Source of the DNA: Candidatus Multivoradales bacterium
Lineage (GTDB): Bacteria > Acidobacteriota > Thermoanaerobaculia > Multivoradales > J023
Direction of reading: 5' to 3'
DNA length: 64,000 nucleotides
Assembly (NCBI GenBank): GCA_965248925.1
Contig: CBDFLE010000006.1
Span: 2,112,001 to 2,176,000 of the forward strand
Shown: positions 50,164 through 60,635 of the stretch, piece by piece
Layout: every line of letters starts with the position of its first letter
Position numbering within the stretch: the stretch's first letter is position 1
Program-made: the position numbers and the translations under genes
The notes under the pieces: generated by a model
The model's database searches: none
Seen by the model: only the letters and a program-made list of their open reading frames with translations
Told to the model about the DNA's origin: nothing

Positions 50164-51387
50164 ATGGCCCTCAATGTGCTGATGTTCTCCCCCGGCTTTC
50201 CGGCCGAGATGCCTCATTTCACCCGCGGGCTGGCGCAGGTCGGGGCTACCGTGCTCGGCCTGGGCGACCATCCGCCGGGGGTCTTGCCCCAGACCGCCAG
50301 GCAGGCACTCGACGACTACTTGCAGGTGTCGAACTTATTCGACGAGCAAGCGGTGATCCGCCAAGTCCAGCAGTGGGCGGGAAGGCGGCCGATCGACCGG
50401 GTGGAGTGCCTGTGGGAACCGGGAATGGTGCTGGCCGCCAAGCTGCGCGAAGCCCTTGGCCTGCCAGGAATGACTGTCGAACAGACCCTGCCCTTTCGCG
50501 ACAAGGAGCTGATGAAGCAGGTGCTCGACCGCGCCGGGGTACGTACTCCGCGCCATTTCCGCGCCACCAGCGTCGGCGAGATCCGCGAGGCAGTGAAAAA
50601 AGTCGGCTATCCGCTGATCTTGAAACCAATTGCCGGCGCCGGCTCTGCCGACACCTATCGAGTGGACGACCCGGACCGGCTCGAGGAAGTGCTGCCGCGG
50701 CTCGGCCATGTAGCGGAACTCAGCGTCGAAGAATTCATCGCCGGTGAGGAGTTCACTTTCGACACCCTCGCCGCCGCCGGTGAGATTCTCTACGAAAACA
50801 TCGCCTGGTATCGGCCCAACCCGCTGGTCGCCCGCAGCGAGCAGTGGATCAGCCCGCAGACGATAAGTCTGCGCGACCTCGATGCCCCACGCCTGGCACC
50901 GGGGCGCAAACTCGGCCGACAGGTCAGCAAAGCCCTCGGCTTCAAGACCGGCTTCTCACATATGGAGTGGTTCTTGACGGCCGATGGCAAAGCGGTGTTC
51001 GGCGAGATCGGCGCCCGTCCCCCCGGTGCCCGCTCGGTCGACATCATGAACTATGCCTCGGATATCGATGTCTACGCCGGCTGGGCCGAGGCGGTCTGCC
51101 ATGGCCGCTTCTCACAGCGGGTCGAGCGCAAATACAACGCGGCGGTGATCTTCAAGCGAGCCCAGGGCGAGGGCCGCATCCGCCACATCGCCGGCCTGGC
51201 GCGGCTACGACGGGATTTCGGCCAACACATCGCCGCTATCGACCTACTGCCAATCGGCGCCCCGCGACGCAATTGGAAGCAAACACTGGTCTCGGACGGC
51301 TTTCTGGTAGTGCGTCACCACGACCTGCAACAAACCCTTGAGATGGCCGATCGGGTGGGTACGGACCTGCAACTCTACGCCAGCTGA
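50164..51387 (+). CDS. ATP-grasp domain protein (paralog)
   Basis: FRDKELMK, ILKPIAGAGS, EEFI, HMEWF, EIGARPPG. Confidence 0.9.
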   Translation: MALNVLMFSPGFPAEMPHFTRGLAQVGATVLGLGDHPPGVLPQTARQALDDYLQVSNLFDEQAVIRQVQQWAGRRPIDRVECLWEPGMVLAAKLREALGLPGMTVEQTLPFRDKELMKQVLDRAGVRTPRHFRATSVGEIREAVKKVGYPLILKPIAGAGSADTYRVDDPDRLEEVLPRLGHVAELSVEEFIAGEEFTFDTLAAAGEILYENIAWYRPNPLVARSEQWISPQTISLRDLDAPRLAPGRKLGRQVSKALGFKTGFSHMEWFLTADGKAVFGEIGARPPGARSVDIMNYASDIDVYAGWAEAVCHGRFSQRVERKYNAAVIFKRAQGEGRIRHIAGLARLRRDFGQHIAAIDLLPIGAPRRNWKQTLVSDGFLVVRHHDLQQTLEMADRVGTDLQLYAS

Positions 51388-51624
51388 AGCGCCGGGATAG
51401 AGAGATTGCCGCCCGCCGTTCGCCCGCCGCCGGAGGGCAATGCGGACGCACAGCAACTCCTATGTGGGTGAGTGGCCACGATTGAGCAATCGACCCACTT
51501 ACCCAAAAATCAAGGTGCTCAGCTGGACTCCCCACCGGGCCCGAGCTGGATCACTTGGAGAATCCTATCGCCAGGCCGAGAAATACCCCTTCCGCGGCCT
51601 GGCTCTTTTTTTCCGACGGCCTTC

Positions 51625-52137
51625 TCAAGCGGGAACAGCGCTGCGATGAGGGGGCGCCTTGGCGGCTGGACGGCCCGCCTTGGGACCCGCCGTCGACCCA
51701 TCGGGATGCATATCGATGCTGCCGCGAAAGTTGGCGCCATTCTCCAGACTCACTCGCGGCGCCGTGGCATTGCCCTCGACCTTGCCAGTCTTGCGAATCA
51801 CCACTTCTTCTTCGCCGTGTAGATTGCCATGGACCTCACCCTCGACACAGATCTTGCGACCATGGATATCGGCCTTTACCCAACCTCCAGAACCCACGGT
51901 GACACTCTGGTGGGCCAGGGAAATTGCGCCCTCGACGCGGCCTTCGACCAACAGATCCTCTTCGCCGCTGATGTCGCCCTTGATCGAGATCGACGGGCCG
52001 ATGGTGGCGAGCCGCGAGGCCGAGGCGGACGGAGTCTTGGTCTGCCCCTTTACCACCTCACTTGAGGTCGGCGCGGGAGCCACCACCAGCTCAGCACGCG
52101 CCGTGGACGGTGGATCGTTCTTCTTCCAAACAGCCAT
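51625..52137 (-). CDS. Bactofilin (polymer-forming cytoskeletal protein)
   Basis: IGPSISIKGDISGEEDLLVEGRVEGAI..GANFRGSIDM. Confidence 0.92.
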   Translation of the reverse strand: MAVWKKNDPPSTARAELVVAPAPTSSEVVKGQTKTPSASASRLATIGPSISIKGDISGEEDLLVEGRVEGAISLAHQSVTVGSGGWVKADIHGRKICVEGEVHGNLHGEEEVVIRKTGKVEGNATAPRVSLENGANFRGSIDMHPDGSTAGPKAGRPAAKAPPHRSAVPA

Positions 52138-52254
52138 GAATTCCTCCTCGATCAAACACTGGTTCGGACGACCCGACAACAACCCCCAAATCGGAACATG
52201 AGGATATTTGAATTAGAGGATAAAAAACAAGCCTGTAGCTCACCGCGAGCGAGA

Positions 52255-53688
52255 TTACCGATTGAGTCCCCGCCCCTCCCGCCGCGGCGCTTCCAGCAGC
52301 AGATAGAGCACATTGTCCGAGAACACCGAATCGCGGGTTAGACCAAGATGACTGGAGGGCAGGAAAAGGACATTGCGCCAAGTCACCGGCGAACGCAGAG
52401 TCGGCTGCCAATCATCGGCCGTGCGGCCATCGGCCAAGGCCGAGGAGCGCAACACGCGACCATCGCCGGGACCTTGGCGAAAGACCTCGAGAGCGCCGTT
52501 CTGCATCTCAATGGCCAGCACCGCGTCGGTGGACCTTGCGTCGCCGACTATCAAATAGAGTTCGGTGCCGGCCGGCGCAACCGCCGGACGATCGAGCGCA
52601 CCGTGGAACAGGCGCGCCAAAGCGAGTTGGCGGCTCAGATACTGGTAGGCGATCTGCCGCCGCTCAGCGACGGACTTGGAAGGTAGCAGGAGAGCCAACA
52701 TGGTATCGGCATCGGCCGAGGCCAAACCCCAACCTAGGCGTTGCCAAAGCTGCGGATCGTAGAGGTCGGGCAAGAGAGTGTCCGGTCGAGCGCGCTCCAC
52801 AAATGCCCCGTGGCGAGGCCGCTGCAACAGCTGATATGCCGCGGGAAAAGTACCGATCAACACCGGATCGTAGCGCGCCAAAGTGGGCGCGTGCCGCACC
52901 CCTTCGACCAACTGCACCAAGGCTTCGGCCGCGCCGGCGTTGGGAGTGCCGATCAACACCGCGCGCTCAACCAACGCGGCCCCCTGCCAGGTGAGTTCGG
53001 GCAGCGGCCCCTCGGGGCTCAAGACCTGATCGCCATAGCGCAGGTAATAGCGCGCCAGCAGCCCACCCATCGAATGAGCAACCAGATCGAAGCGAACTTC
53101 ACGGTCGATTCCTTTCTGGCGCCACTCAGCCTCGACATAGGCTTTCTTATCGAGAAGAAAATGATGCAAGCGAGCAGCGTTCTGGGAGTTATCGAGGCGC
53201 CAGTCGTAGTCAAACTGAAAACAGGTGTAGTGCTCGCCGCCGTAGTCGATAGCGCCAGCGACCCCAAGATTCTGATCGCGGTAGCCGCCAGCCCCGAGGG
53301 TGGCTAGGATATTGAAATAAGCCTTGAGTTCGACCGGCAAACCGAGCAATCGAACGCGGACGGTATCGAGCACCCCTGCCGGCACCACCCCGCTAGTCTG
53401 CTCCGGATCCAGCGGTAAGGCCACCAGACGAGCGCCATCAGGCTTCGCCGGGTTGGCATAGCCACCACCGAAAGCGCCCCAAACAACCCTGCCGGTTCCT
53501 AGCTCCTCCAGACGGCTACCCATCAAGCCGGGAATCACCACGATCGGATTGCGCTCGGTGTGAAGGTCGGCTGCTGCGCGGTCGTAGATCTGCCCCAAGT
53601 CCGGCGGCTGAATCCGCAGCGAGCAGCCCAGCCCAAAGGCACAAACCAGGGCCCAGAGCGCCAGATAGCTATTGCGTCGCGTAACCAT
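52255..53688 (-). CDS. Alpha/beta hydrolase lipoprotein (LCAT/PGAP1-like lipase/acyltransferase)
   Basis: Lipobox GLGC, IPGLMGSRL, YDWR, AHSMGG, GTPNAG, GDG, HL. Confidence 0.85.
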   Translation of the reverse strand: MVTRRNSYLALWALVCAFGLGCSLRIQPPDLGQIYDRAAADLHTERNPIVVIPGLMGSRLEELGTGRVVWGAFGGGYANPAKPDGARLVALPLDPEQTSGVVPAGVLDTVRVRLLGLPVELKAYFNILATLGAGGYRDQNLGVAGAIDYGGEHYTCFQFDYDWRLDNSQNAARLHHFLLDKKAYVEAEWRQKGIDREVRFDLVAHSMGGLLARYYLRYGDQVLSPEGPLPELTWQGAALVERAVLIGTPNAGAAEALVQLVEGVRHAPTLARYDPVLIGTFPAAYQLLQRPRHGAFVERARPDTLLPDLYDPQLWQRLGWGLASADADTMLALLLPSKSVAERRQIAYQYLSRQLALARLFHGALDRPAVAPAGTELYLIVGDARSTDAVLAIEMQNGALEVFRQGPGDGRVLRSSALADGRTADDWQPTLRSPVTWRNVLFLPSSHLGLTRDSVFSDNVLYLLLEAPRREGRGLNR

Positions 53689-53693
53689 GCGGC

Positions 53694-55130
53694 TCAGTGG
53701 ACTGGGAGACGAGGATCTTCGAGCAGCAAATAGAGCACGTTCTGGGTGAACGCCGGTTCGGTGGTCATCGCGAAGTGTCGTGAAAGCATGAAGCGGACCT
53801 CGCGCCAGGCGATCGGCGAGATCAGGCGCGGGTATTTGGCGCCGCCGATCCGCTCATCCATCAGCGCGCTGGAGCGCAACACACTGCCATCACCAGAACC
53901 ACGCTTTAGAGTGCGTAGGGCGCCACTTGACAGGTCAACCCCCAACAGGCTCGAGGTGGGCTCACCCGCGCCCACGATCAAGACCAAATCGGTTCCGGTC
54001 GGTGGCTTGGCCGGCCGGTCAATAGATTCTTGGAATTGGCGCGCCAAGCGTAGATTGAGGCGCAGCCTCTCGATGGCGTGGGCGCGCCGGGTCGGTTCGA
54101 GTTCGAGATCCGGTGCCAGCCAGGAAATCTGCTCAAGAACATCCGGCGATGCCAATCCCCAACCCAGACGAATCCACAGATCCACATCCAACAAGTCGCC
54201 AACTGGCTGACTTGGATCCTCAGCATCGACCAGCGGCCGGTGACGGGCGCGCGGCAACATCTGGTAGGAGGCCGGATAGGTGCCCACCAGCCCTGGCGGA
54301 TAATGCGGTGTGCCCGGAGCGAACTTGACCCCGTGGACCAAATTGAGCAACGCCTTGGCGCTGCCAGCGTTGGGCGGCGCCACCAGGATGGCACGCTCGA
54401 CGTTCTCCGCCCCAGCCCAGTTGAGTTCCGGCAATGAGCCGTCTTCAGGCAGCGGTTGTGGGCCATGGCGCAGGTAGTAGCGCAGCAAAAGTCCGCCCAT
54501 CGAATGGGCGATGACATCGAACCTCGCTTGGTAGTAGTCGATGCCGTAGTACCGCGCCACCTCGCGCTCCAAGTAGGCTCGTTTCTCGAGGATGAACTGG
54601 TGCAGGCGGGCGGCGTTGGCGGCGTTGTCTTGGCGCCAGTCATAGGCGAATTGGAAGCAGTTGTAAGGCTCGTCGCCATAGTCGATCACCCCGGCGCGAC
54701 CGATCTCCTCGTCGCGGTAGCCAGCCTCGGTAAGCGACGCCATGATGCGCCCGTAGACTTGCACATCGAGGGGCCAGCCGAGCAGCCGCACCTCGAGCTC
54801 GGTCAACACACCGGTGGGCTCGACCCGTGGCCAAGGCTCCTCGGGACGCAGCGGCAAGGCGATCAAGCGGGCTTCCTGTGGATCCTTAGGGTCAGCCGTG
54901 TGGCGGCCAAACGAGCCCCACACCACTCGGCCGCTCTCAGCATCCTCCAGCCGGGAGCCAAGGAAGCCCGGAATGACGATCACCGGATTGCGATCAGGCG
55001 CCGGGAATGGTGCTGCTGGCTGGTAGAGCTTGGCCAGGTCAGGGCTCTTGAGAGCCTCGACACAAGCGCCTTGGACCAGCGCTACCAACGCCAGGACGGC
55101 CAACGGTCCTAGCCATAGCAAATGTCGCAT
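53694..55130 (-). CDS. Alpha/beta hydrolase lipoprotein (tandem paralog)
   Basis: Lipobox-like QGAC, IPGFLGSRL, YDWR, AHSMGG, GDG. Confidence 0.85.
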   Translation of the reverse strand: MRHLLWLGPLAVLALVALVQGACVEALKSPDLAKLYQPAAPFPAPDRNPVIVIPGFLGSRLEDAESGRVVWGSFGRHTADPKDPQEARLIALPLRPEEPWPRVEPTGVLTELEVRLLGWPLDVQVYGRIMASLTEAGYRDEEIGRAGVIDYGDEPYNCFQFAYDWRQDNAANAARLHQFILEKRAYLEREVARYYGIDYYQARFDVIAHSMGGLLLRYYLRHGPQPLPEDGSLPELNWAGAENVERAILVAPPNAGSAKALLNLVHGVKFAPGTPHYPPGLVGTYPASYQMLPRARHRPLVDAEDPSQPVGDLLDVDLWIRLGWGLASPDVLEQISWLAPDLELEPTRRAHAIERLRLNLRLARQFQESIDRPAKPPTGTDLVLIVGAGEPTSSLLGVDLSSGALRTLKRGSGDGSVLRSSALMDERIGGAKYPRLISPIAWREVRFMLSRHFAMTTEPAFTQNVLYLLLEDPRLPVH

Positions 55131-55134
55131 CACT

Positions 55135-56034
55135 TTAGGATCCGTACGCCGCCCAATTTTGGATGCGACCCCGAATGCGACCAAAGCCAAGTTCTGCAAA
55201 GAGCGGATCGACCCGCTTGGCTTGCGCTCCCAAGTAGCGCAACTGCGTCAGGCTCGCCGTTGCCGGAGCGTCGCGAGCGATAGTCGCCAGCTGCTTTGAC
55301 AACACGGCAATCTCGCGCTGCGCGGCGAGCTTCTTGGCCAACGATTTGGCGCCGCGAATCGGCAACTCGGCAACTTCGTCGAGCCGTTCGTAGATCGCCT
55401 CAAGGGTCGGCATCTGGGCGAGCAGCGCAGCGGCCGTCTTGGCACCCACCCCGGCGACCCCGGGAATGTTGTCGACCGCGTCGCCCGCTAGGCCCAAATA
55501 GTCGGGGATCTGCTCCGGGCGGACCCCAAACTTGGCTTCGATCTCGGCCACGCCGTAGCGCTGCTGCTTGGCGAAGTCGAGCATCTCCACCCGCTCGCCC
55601 ACCAGCTGGCCGAGGTCCTTGTCCGAGGAAACCACTACGATGCGATGGCCGGCGGCGAGCAGCGGGTCGCTTAGGGTACCGATCAGATCATCGGCCTCAT
55701 AGCGCGGATCGACAAAGTTGCAGGCACCCAGTGCTGCGCTGATCTGCTGACACCACTGCAACTGCGCTACCAGCTCTGGCGGCGGCGGGTCACGCTGCGC
55801 TTTGTAGGGCGGATAGATCTCGTTGCGGAAGCTGGTGTCGAGACTCTCGTCAAAGGCCAGGGCGAGGTGACTGACTTGTTCCTCGGCGATCAGCCGTAGC
55901 AAGAAGCCGGCAAAGCCATAGGCCGCGTTGACCTGTGCGCCATCCGGCGTGGTCATCGAACTCGGCAGCGCGAAATAAGCGCGAAAGATGTACGGACTGG
56001 CATCCACCAGATGAATGGTGTGCGACGTGGGCAT
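55135..56034 (-). CDS. Stand-alone 5'-3' exonuclease / flap endonuclease (PolA N-terminal-like)
   Basis: VDAS..FRAYF, YKAQR, EADDLIGT, SSDKD, GDAVDNIPGVAGVGAKTA. Confidence 0.92.
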   Translation of the reverse strand: MPTSHTIHLVDASPYIFRAYFALPSSMTTPDGAQVNAAYGFAGFLLRLIAEEQVSHLALAFDESLDTSFRNEIYPPYKAQRDPPPPELVAQLQWCQQISAALGACNFVDPRYEADDLIGTLSDPLLAAGHRIVVVSSDKDLGQLVGERVEMLDFAKQQRYGVAEIEAKFGVRPEQIPDYLGLAGDAVDNIPGVAGVGAKTAAALLAQMPTLEAIYERLDEVAELPIRGAKSLAKKLAAQREIAVLSKQLATIARDAPATASLTQLRYLGAQAKRVDPLFAELGFGRIRGRIQNWAAYGS

Positions 56035-56168
56035 GGCAAGCCTTCCTCGAAACAGATTCAGCCCCGGCAGCAGGGACACGGCATCCTAGCAGCCCATCTC
56101 CAGCTTACCGAGCAAGTGAAAACCAGGCAGCTCGCGGCGAGGATCCGCCAGAGGGTAGGATGTGGGGG

Positions 56169-56576
56169 ATGCAAGAGCAGTGGAAGCAAAAGGCCGTGGC
56201 GCTGGTCAACCAGCGGGTACCCAACTGGGTCGCGCTCTACCTGTTCGGCTCGCAGGTCGACCGCGCAACTCACGGCGGCAGCGATCTTGATCTAGCCCTC
56301 CTGGCCTCCACACCACAGGACCCCCAAGCACGGTGGGATCTAGAGCAAGACTTGAGCCGCATTCTCGGTCAATCGGTCGACTTGATCGATTTGCTACGAG
56401 CGTCGACCGTCTTCCGCCAGCAAGTGATCAGTAGCGGCACGATCCTCGCCGAGAACCAACCCAGCGAACGCGAACAGTTCGAGGTCTGGGTACACTCCGC
56501 CTACACTCGCCTCAACGAAGAGCGGCGGGAGATCCTGGCCGATATCGAGCAGCGAGGCAGCGTCTATGGCCGCTAA
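56169..56576 (+). CDS. mntA: MntA minimal nucleotidyltransferase antitoxin
   Basis: LFGSQ-x9-DLDLA (GSx10DxD), VDLIDL. Confidence 0.88.
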   Translation: MQEQWKQKAVALVNQRVPNWVALYLFGSQVDRATHGGSDLDLALLASTPQDPQARWDLEQDLSRILGQSVDLIDLLRASTVFRQQVISSGTILAENQPSEREQFEVWVHSAYTRLNEERREILADIEQRGSVYGR

Positions 56577-57006
56577 CCCACCGATCAACGATGTGTTGAT
56601 CAACAAGGCGGCCATCATCGAACGCTGCGTCGCTCGGGTGCGAGAGGTCTACGCCGGGGAACCGCGCAATTTGGTAAGAGACATCACCCGCCAAGACTCG
56701 ATCCTGCTCAACTTGCAACGCACCTGCGAAGCGGCCATCGACCTGGCCATGCTCCTGGTGCGCAAGCACAAGCTCGGTCCGCCGCAGGAAAGCCGGGACG
56801 CCTTCATCTTCCTCGCCGAGGCTGACATTCTCGACCGGGTGCTCGCCGAGCGAATGATGAGAATGGTCGGCTTCCGCAACATCGCAGTACACAACTACCG
56901 CCATCTTGACCTGCGGATCGTGCAGAGCATCATCACTGACCACCTGGAGCACTTCCTCGCCTTCTCGAGCTGGGCGCTGACCCATGGTCAGAGTGCCGAG
57001 GATTGA
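56566..57006 (+). CDS. hepT: HepT (DUF86, HEPN) RNase toxin
   Basis: LQRTCEAAID, GFRNIAVHNY (Rx4HxY). Confidence 0.9.
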   Translation: MAANPPINDVLINKAAIIERCVARVREVYAGEPRNLVRDITRQDSILLNLQRTCEAAIDLAMLLVRKHKLGPPQESRDAFIFLAEADILDRVLAERMMRMVGFRNIAVHNYRHLDLRIVQSIITDHLEHFLAFSSWALTHGQSAED

Positions 57007-59900
57007 GGGCTCGGCGTCTTGCGGCCGACGTTCTGACCCAGCCAAGGAAGGTAGCGAGCGACTCGCCGGGTTGCGGGATGATCGGGACCACGAGCAGCTT
57101 TGAGCTGGGCGTGGGACTCTCGTAACAGCAACTCCCCCGCGGCCTCTCGCTCTAACCGCAACCGCGCCACGGCCAACGCGGCACGGGCTTCGGCAGCGCG
57201 CCAGTGCTCCCTGGGCAACGCCTCGTCGGCCACCTCTACCGCCTGGCTCAAGACGTCATCGGCTTCTGACAAGCGCTCCCGGGCGATCCATGTCCAGCCC
57301 AACCCGACAAGAGACTGCACCAGGCTGGGGTGCTTGGCGGGCAAGGTGTCGCGCTGCATTTGGAGAGCTTCCTGAAAGCTCTTCGCCGCTTCCTCAGTGC
57401 GACCAAGTGCAAGCTGGATGGACCCTTGGTCGGCCAGCATGGTGGGAAGGTTCTCCCGTCGCTGAAGACCCCGCCCAAGGGGCAGCGCCTGCTCGATCAG
57501 CGAGTTCGCCTGCGGGTCCAGCCCCTGCAAATGTAGCGCGACAGCGTGATGCCAGAGGTTGAACACATACAGCTCGTGTTCCTTGCCAACGGTCTCCGCG
57601 AATCGCCGTTCGGCGCTGGCGAAGAGAGGCATCGCCTCGGCGAAGCGACCGGTCCCGGCGAGGTCCAGCGCCAGGCTGTCGAGGGTCGAAGCGTAGTAAG
57701 GACTGGTCTCGCCCATACCTTCTAGCACCAGGGGCAAGACCTCCCGGTGCAGCTCTGCGGCTTCCTCGAAACGACCGAGAGCATGCAAGAAAACAGCGAA
57801 GTTGTGAAGGTTGGGTGCCAGGTTCGGATGACGGTCGCCCTGTAGGCGACGCTTCATCGCGATACCTTCTCGATAGAGCGGCTCTGCCCGCCGCCAATCG
57901 CCCTGGCGGAACAAGACCACCGCCAGGTTGCCCGTCGCCGTCGCGACCAGCGGATATTCGCCACCATGCACCGCTTTCCAGATCGCCAGGGCCTCGGCCA
58001 GGGCGCTTTCGGCGCCCTCGTAGTCCCCGACCCGTTTGAGAATATTGCCCAAGTTGTTGAGATTGAAAGCCACCTCATTGGAGCCATTGCCGAAAAGCTG
58101 CCGCGCCTCCTCGAGCGCTCGTTGTTGAAAAAGAATCGCCCGCTCGAGATCACCCTGGCTCTTATGGGCGAAAGCGAGCTGACCCAACGCATGAAAGACC
58201 AACGATCGATCTCCACCCTCGAATCGGTCATATCTCGCGACCGCCTCATCCAGGGTCTTTACCGCCTCTGCCCAGGCACCCTTGGCGTTGTGTTGCAGAC
58301 CGAGGTAAGCCAGAACATCGGCTACGGCGCGGTCTTGCTCGCCGCGAAGAGTCTTCGTCAGCTGGAGAGCCTGGTCTAGAAGCAACAGCGCGTCGTCGTA
58401 CTCACCCAGAACGCCAGACACCCGACCCAGGGCTCGAAGCATCTCCAAACGCACCTCGGGCTGATCCGTGAGATCGGCGTTCAACTGTTCGATTCCGCGG
58501 GCGACCAACTGCTTGGCGGTGATTTCCTTGCCGCGCGACTGCGCCGGGTCGGCGGCGTCGAAAAGAGCGACCAGATACTCCTGGGTTGCCCTGAGTTTGT
58601 CGGATTCGAGCCGCGCGCGATCGCGCTCCCGAGCAGCCTCTGTCGCCTGCCAAGCAGTGCCGACCAGACCCAAGACCAGGGCCAGGAAGACAGCCGCCGC
58701 AGCAGCCACGCCAAAGCGATGACGGCCCGCGAACTTACCGACCCGATACAGCCAGCCCGCTCGGCGAACTCGCACCGGCAGACCTTGGCGGAAACGATGA
58801 ATCTCCTCAAGCAACGCTTCCACCGAGGGATAGCGGTCGCCGGTGTCTTTGGCCAAGGCCGTGAGCACGACGAGATCCAGATCTCCGCGAATCCTTCTTG
58901 CCAACCGCTCCTGTGCTCTTTCGCCTTGGGTAGAGGTCTCGTCACTCAGAAGGGCCACCGAGGGTGCGGGTGGCGTGGTTTCGCAGACCGCCCGGCGGAT
59001 CTCCTCCGCAGTCGTCAACGGCATCGGATATGGCGACCGTCCAGCCAACAGCTCATAGAGCAGAATCCCCAGGGAGTAGACGTCGGACGCAACCGTGACG
59101 GCCGCACCGCGAATCTGCTCCGGAGAGGCGTAATCGGGCGTCAACACCAGCGCGCCAACGACAGTTAGGGCGGCCGAGCCCGCAGCGGCGGCGTCGAGCA
59201 CCTTGGCGATCCCAAAGTCGACCAGCTTGACGACTCCGTCGGCAGTCACCAAGACGTTCGAGGGCTTGAGATCCCGGTGGACGACCAACCGCCCATGGGC
59301 GTACTGCACCGCCTGGCAGACAGCGACAAAGAGGTCGAGCCGGCGCCGCAGCCCGAACTCATGGCGGCGGCAGAAACGAGTGATCGGCTCGCCCTCGATG
59401 TACTCCATGGCAAAGTACGGCTGCCCCTCGACGGCCAGACCACCCTCGAGAAGCCGCGCGATACCGGGGTGTTCGAGGCGGGCGAGGATCTGGCGCTCTT
59501 GAAGAAACCGCGCCAGGATGGCTTCAGAGTCCATCCCTCGCTGGATCAGCTTCAGAGCCACCCGCTGCTCGAAGCCTCCCTCGGTGCGTTCCCCCAGATA
59601 GACCACGCCCATGCCACCGCGACCCAACTCGCGAACGACGTTGTACGGACCGATCTGCCGCGGCTGCGACAGCAGCGTTTCGATCAACCTGGCGCTTTTC
59701 TGGGTGTCGAGTTCGGCATCGAGCATGCCGTCGCCTCTATGGGCAGCGAGTAGGGACCTCACTTGAGCAACGACCTCCGGCTCGTCCAAGGCAACCGCTT
59801 GCAGCAATGCGGCGCGAGCTTGCGGAGCGGCTGCGAGCACCTGGCCGAAGAGTTCACCGATGCGCCGGTGATTGACTCCCGACTCGCCCGGACCCCTCAT
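56988..59900 (-). CDS. Hanks-type Ser/Thr kinase with TM and TPR repeats
   Basis: GRGGMGVVY, HRDLKPSN, DFG, TPDYASPEQ; C-terminal TPRs; ATGA overlap with ECF gene. Confidence 0.93.
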   Translation of the reverse strand: MRGPGESGVNHRRIGELFGQVLAAAPQARAALLQAVALDEPEVVAQVRSLLAAHRGDGMLDAELDTQKSARLIETLLSQPRQIGPYNVVRELGRGGMGVVYLGERTEGGFEQRVALKLIQRGMDSEAILARFLQERQILARLEHPGIARLLEGGLAVEGQPYFAMEYIEGEPITRFCRRHEFGLRRRLDLFVAVCQAVQYAHGRLVVHRDLKPSNVLVTADGVVKLVDFGIAKVLDAAAAGSAALTVVGALVLTPDYASPEQIRGAAVTVASDVYSLGILLYELLAGRSPYPMPLTTAEEIRRAVCETTPPAPSVALLSDETSTQGERAQERLARRIRGDLDLVVLTALAKDTGDRYPSVEALLEEIHRFRQGLPVRVRRAGWLYRVGKFAGRHRFGVAAAAAVFLALVLGLVGTAWQATEAARERDRARLESDKLRATQEYLVALFDAADPAQSRGKEITAKQLVARGIEQLNADLTDQPEVRLEMLRALGRVSGVLGEYDDALLLLDQALQLTKTLRGEQDRAVADVLAYLGLQHNAKGAWAEAVKTLDEAVARYDRFEGGDRSLVFHALGQLAFAHKSQGDLERAILFQQRALEEARQLFGNGSNEVAFNLNNLGNILKRVGDYEGAESALAEALAIWKAVHGGEYPLVATATGNLAVVLFRQGDWRRAEPLYREGIAMKRRLQGDRHPNLAPNLHNFAVFLHALGRFEEAAELHREVLPLVLEGMGETSPYYASTLDSLALDLAGTGRFAEAMPLFASAERRFAETVGKEHELYVFNLWHHAVALHLQGLDPQANSLIEQALPLGRGLQRRENLPTMLADQGSIQLALGRTEEAAKSFQEALQMQRDTLPAKHPSLVQSLVGLGWTWIARERLSEADDVLSQAVEVADEALPREHWRAAEARAALAVARLRLEREAAGELLLRESHAQLKAARGPDHPATRRVARYLPWLGQNVGRKTPSPQSSAL

Positions 59901-60499
59901 GAAGGTGATCGCTCATCCTCGCCCGAGGCCAGCTCGCGATGTAGCCAAGCCCGAGCCAACGCCCAGTCTCGATCGACCGTGCGTGGCGCAACTTCTAGCA
60001 GCTCCGCCGTTTGGTCGACGTCGAGCCCGCCGAAAAACCGACACTCCACCACCCGAGCCGGCCGCGGATGGTGCCGCTCGAGGCGGCCGAGCGCGGCGTC
60101 GAGATCGAGGATCTCGGCGGCAAATCCACCGCTACCGAGCAAACCCTCATTGAGAGTCAGCGGACGGTTGCCACTGCCGCGCTTTTGGCTATTTCGGCGC
60201 CTGGCGGCCTCGACCAGCACTTGCCGCATCGCGCGGGCGGCGGCGGCAAAGAAATAGCCGCGGCCGCGGCGAGCGACACTGGTAGCATCGACCAGCTTGA
60301 GGTAGGCCTCATGCACCAGGCCCGTCGTGTCGAGGGTGGCGTTGTTGCCTTCGCGCGCCAACTGGGCATGAGCCATGCGGCGCAGCTCGCGATAAACCAG
60401 CGGCACCAGGCGGTCGAGTTTCTCTTGCCGGCCACCCAGCTTCTCAGAGGTCGTTACCAGCAACTCGGTGACGCTGTCGCGATTCGGGTCGCGACTCAT
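59897..60499 (-). CDS. ECF sigma factor, kinase-associated type (TIGR02999-like)
   Basis: VYRELRRMA, TGLVHEAYLKL, AMRQVLVE, RFFGGL, RDWALARAWL. Confidence 0.92.
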   Translation of the reverse strand: MSRDPNRDSVTELLVTTSEKLGGRQEKLDRLVPLVYRELRRMAHAQLAREGNNATLDTTGLVHEAYLKLVDATSVARRGRGYFFAAAARAMRQVLVEAARRRNSQKRGSGNRPLTLNEGLLGSGGFAAEILDLDAALGRLERHHPRPARVVECRFFGGLDVDQTAELLEVAPRTVDRDWALARAWLHRELASGEDERSPS

Positions 60500-60635
60500 C
60501 GTTCTGTGGAGTCCATGTTTGATCCCAGATTACCGCGATGGCGCCCGAAAAGCACCTTCTGCGCAGGATAAGGGTGGTGGATCACACGCGTGTCGCGGAC
60601 GGGCAATCAATCGGAAATCGGAAAAGGACTCAAAC

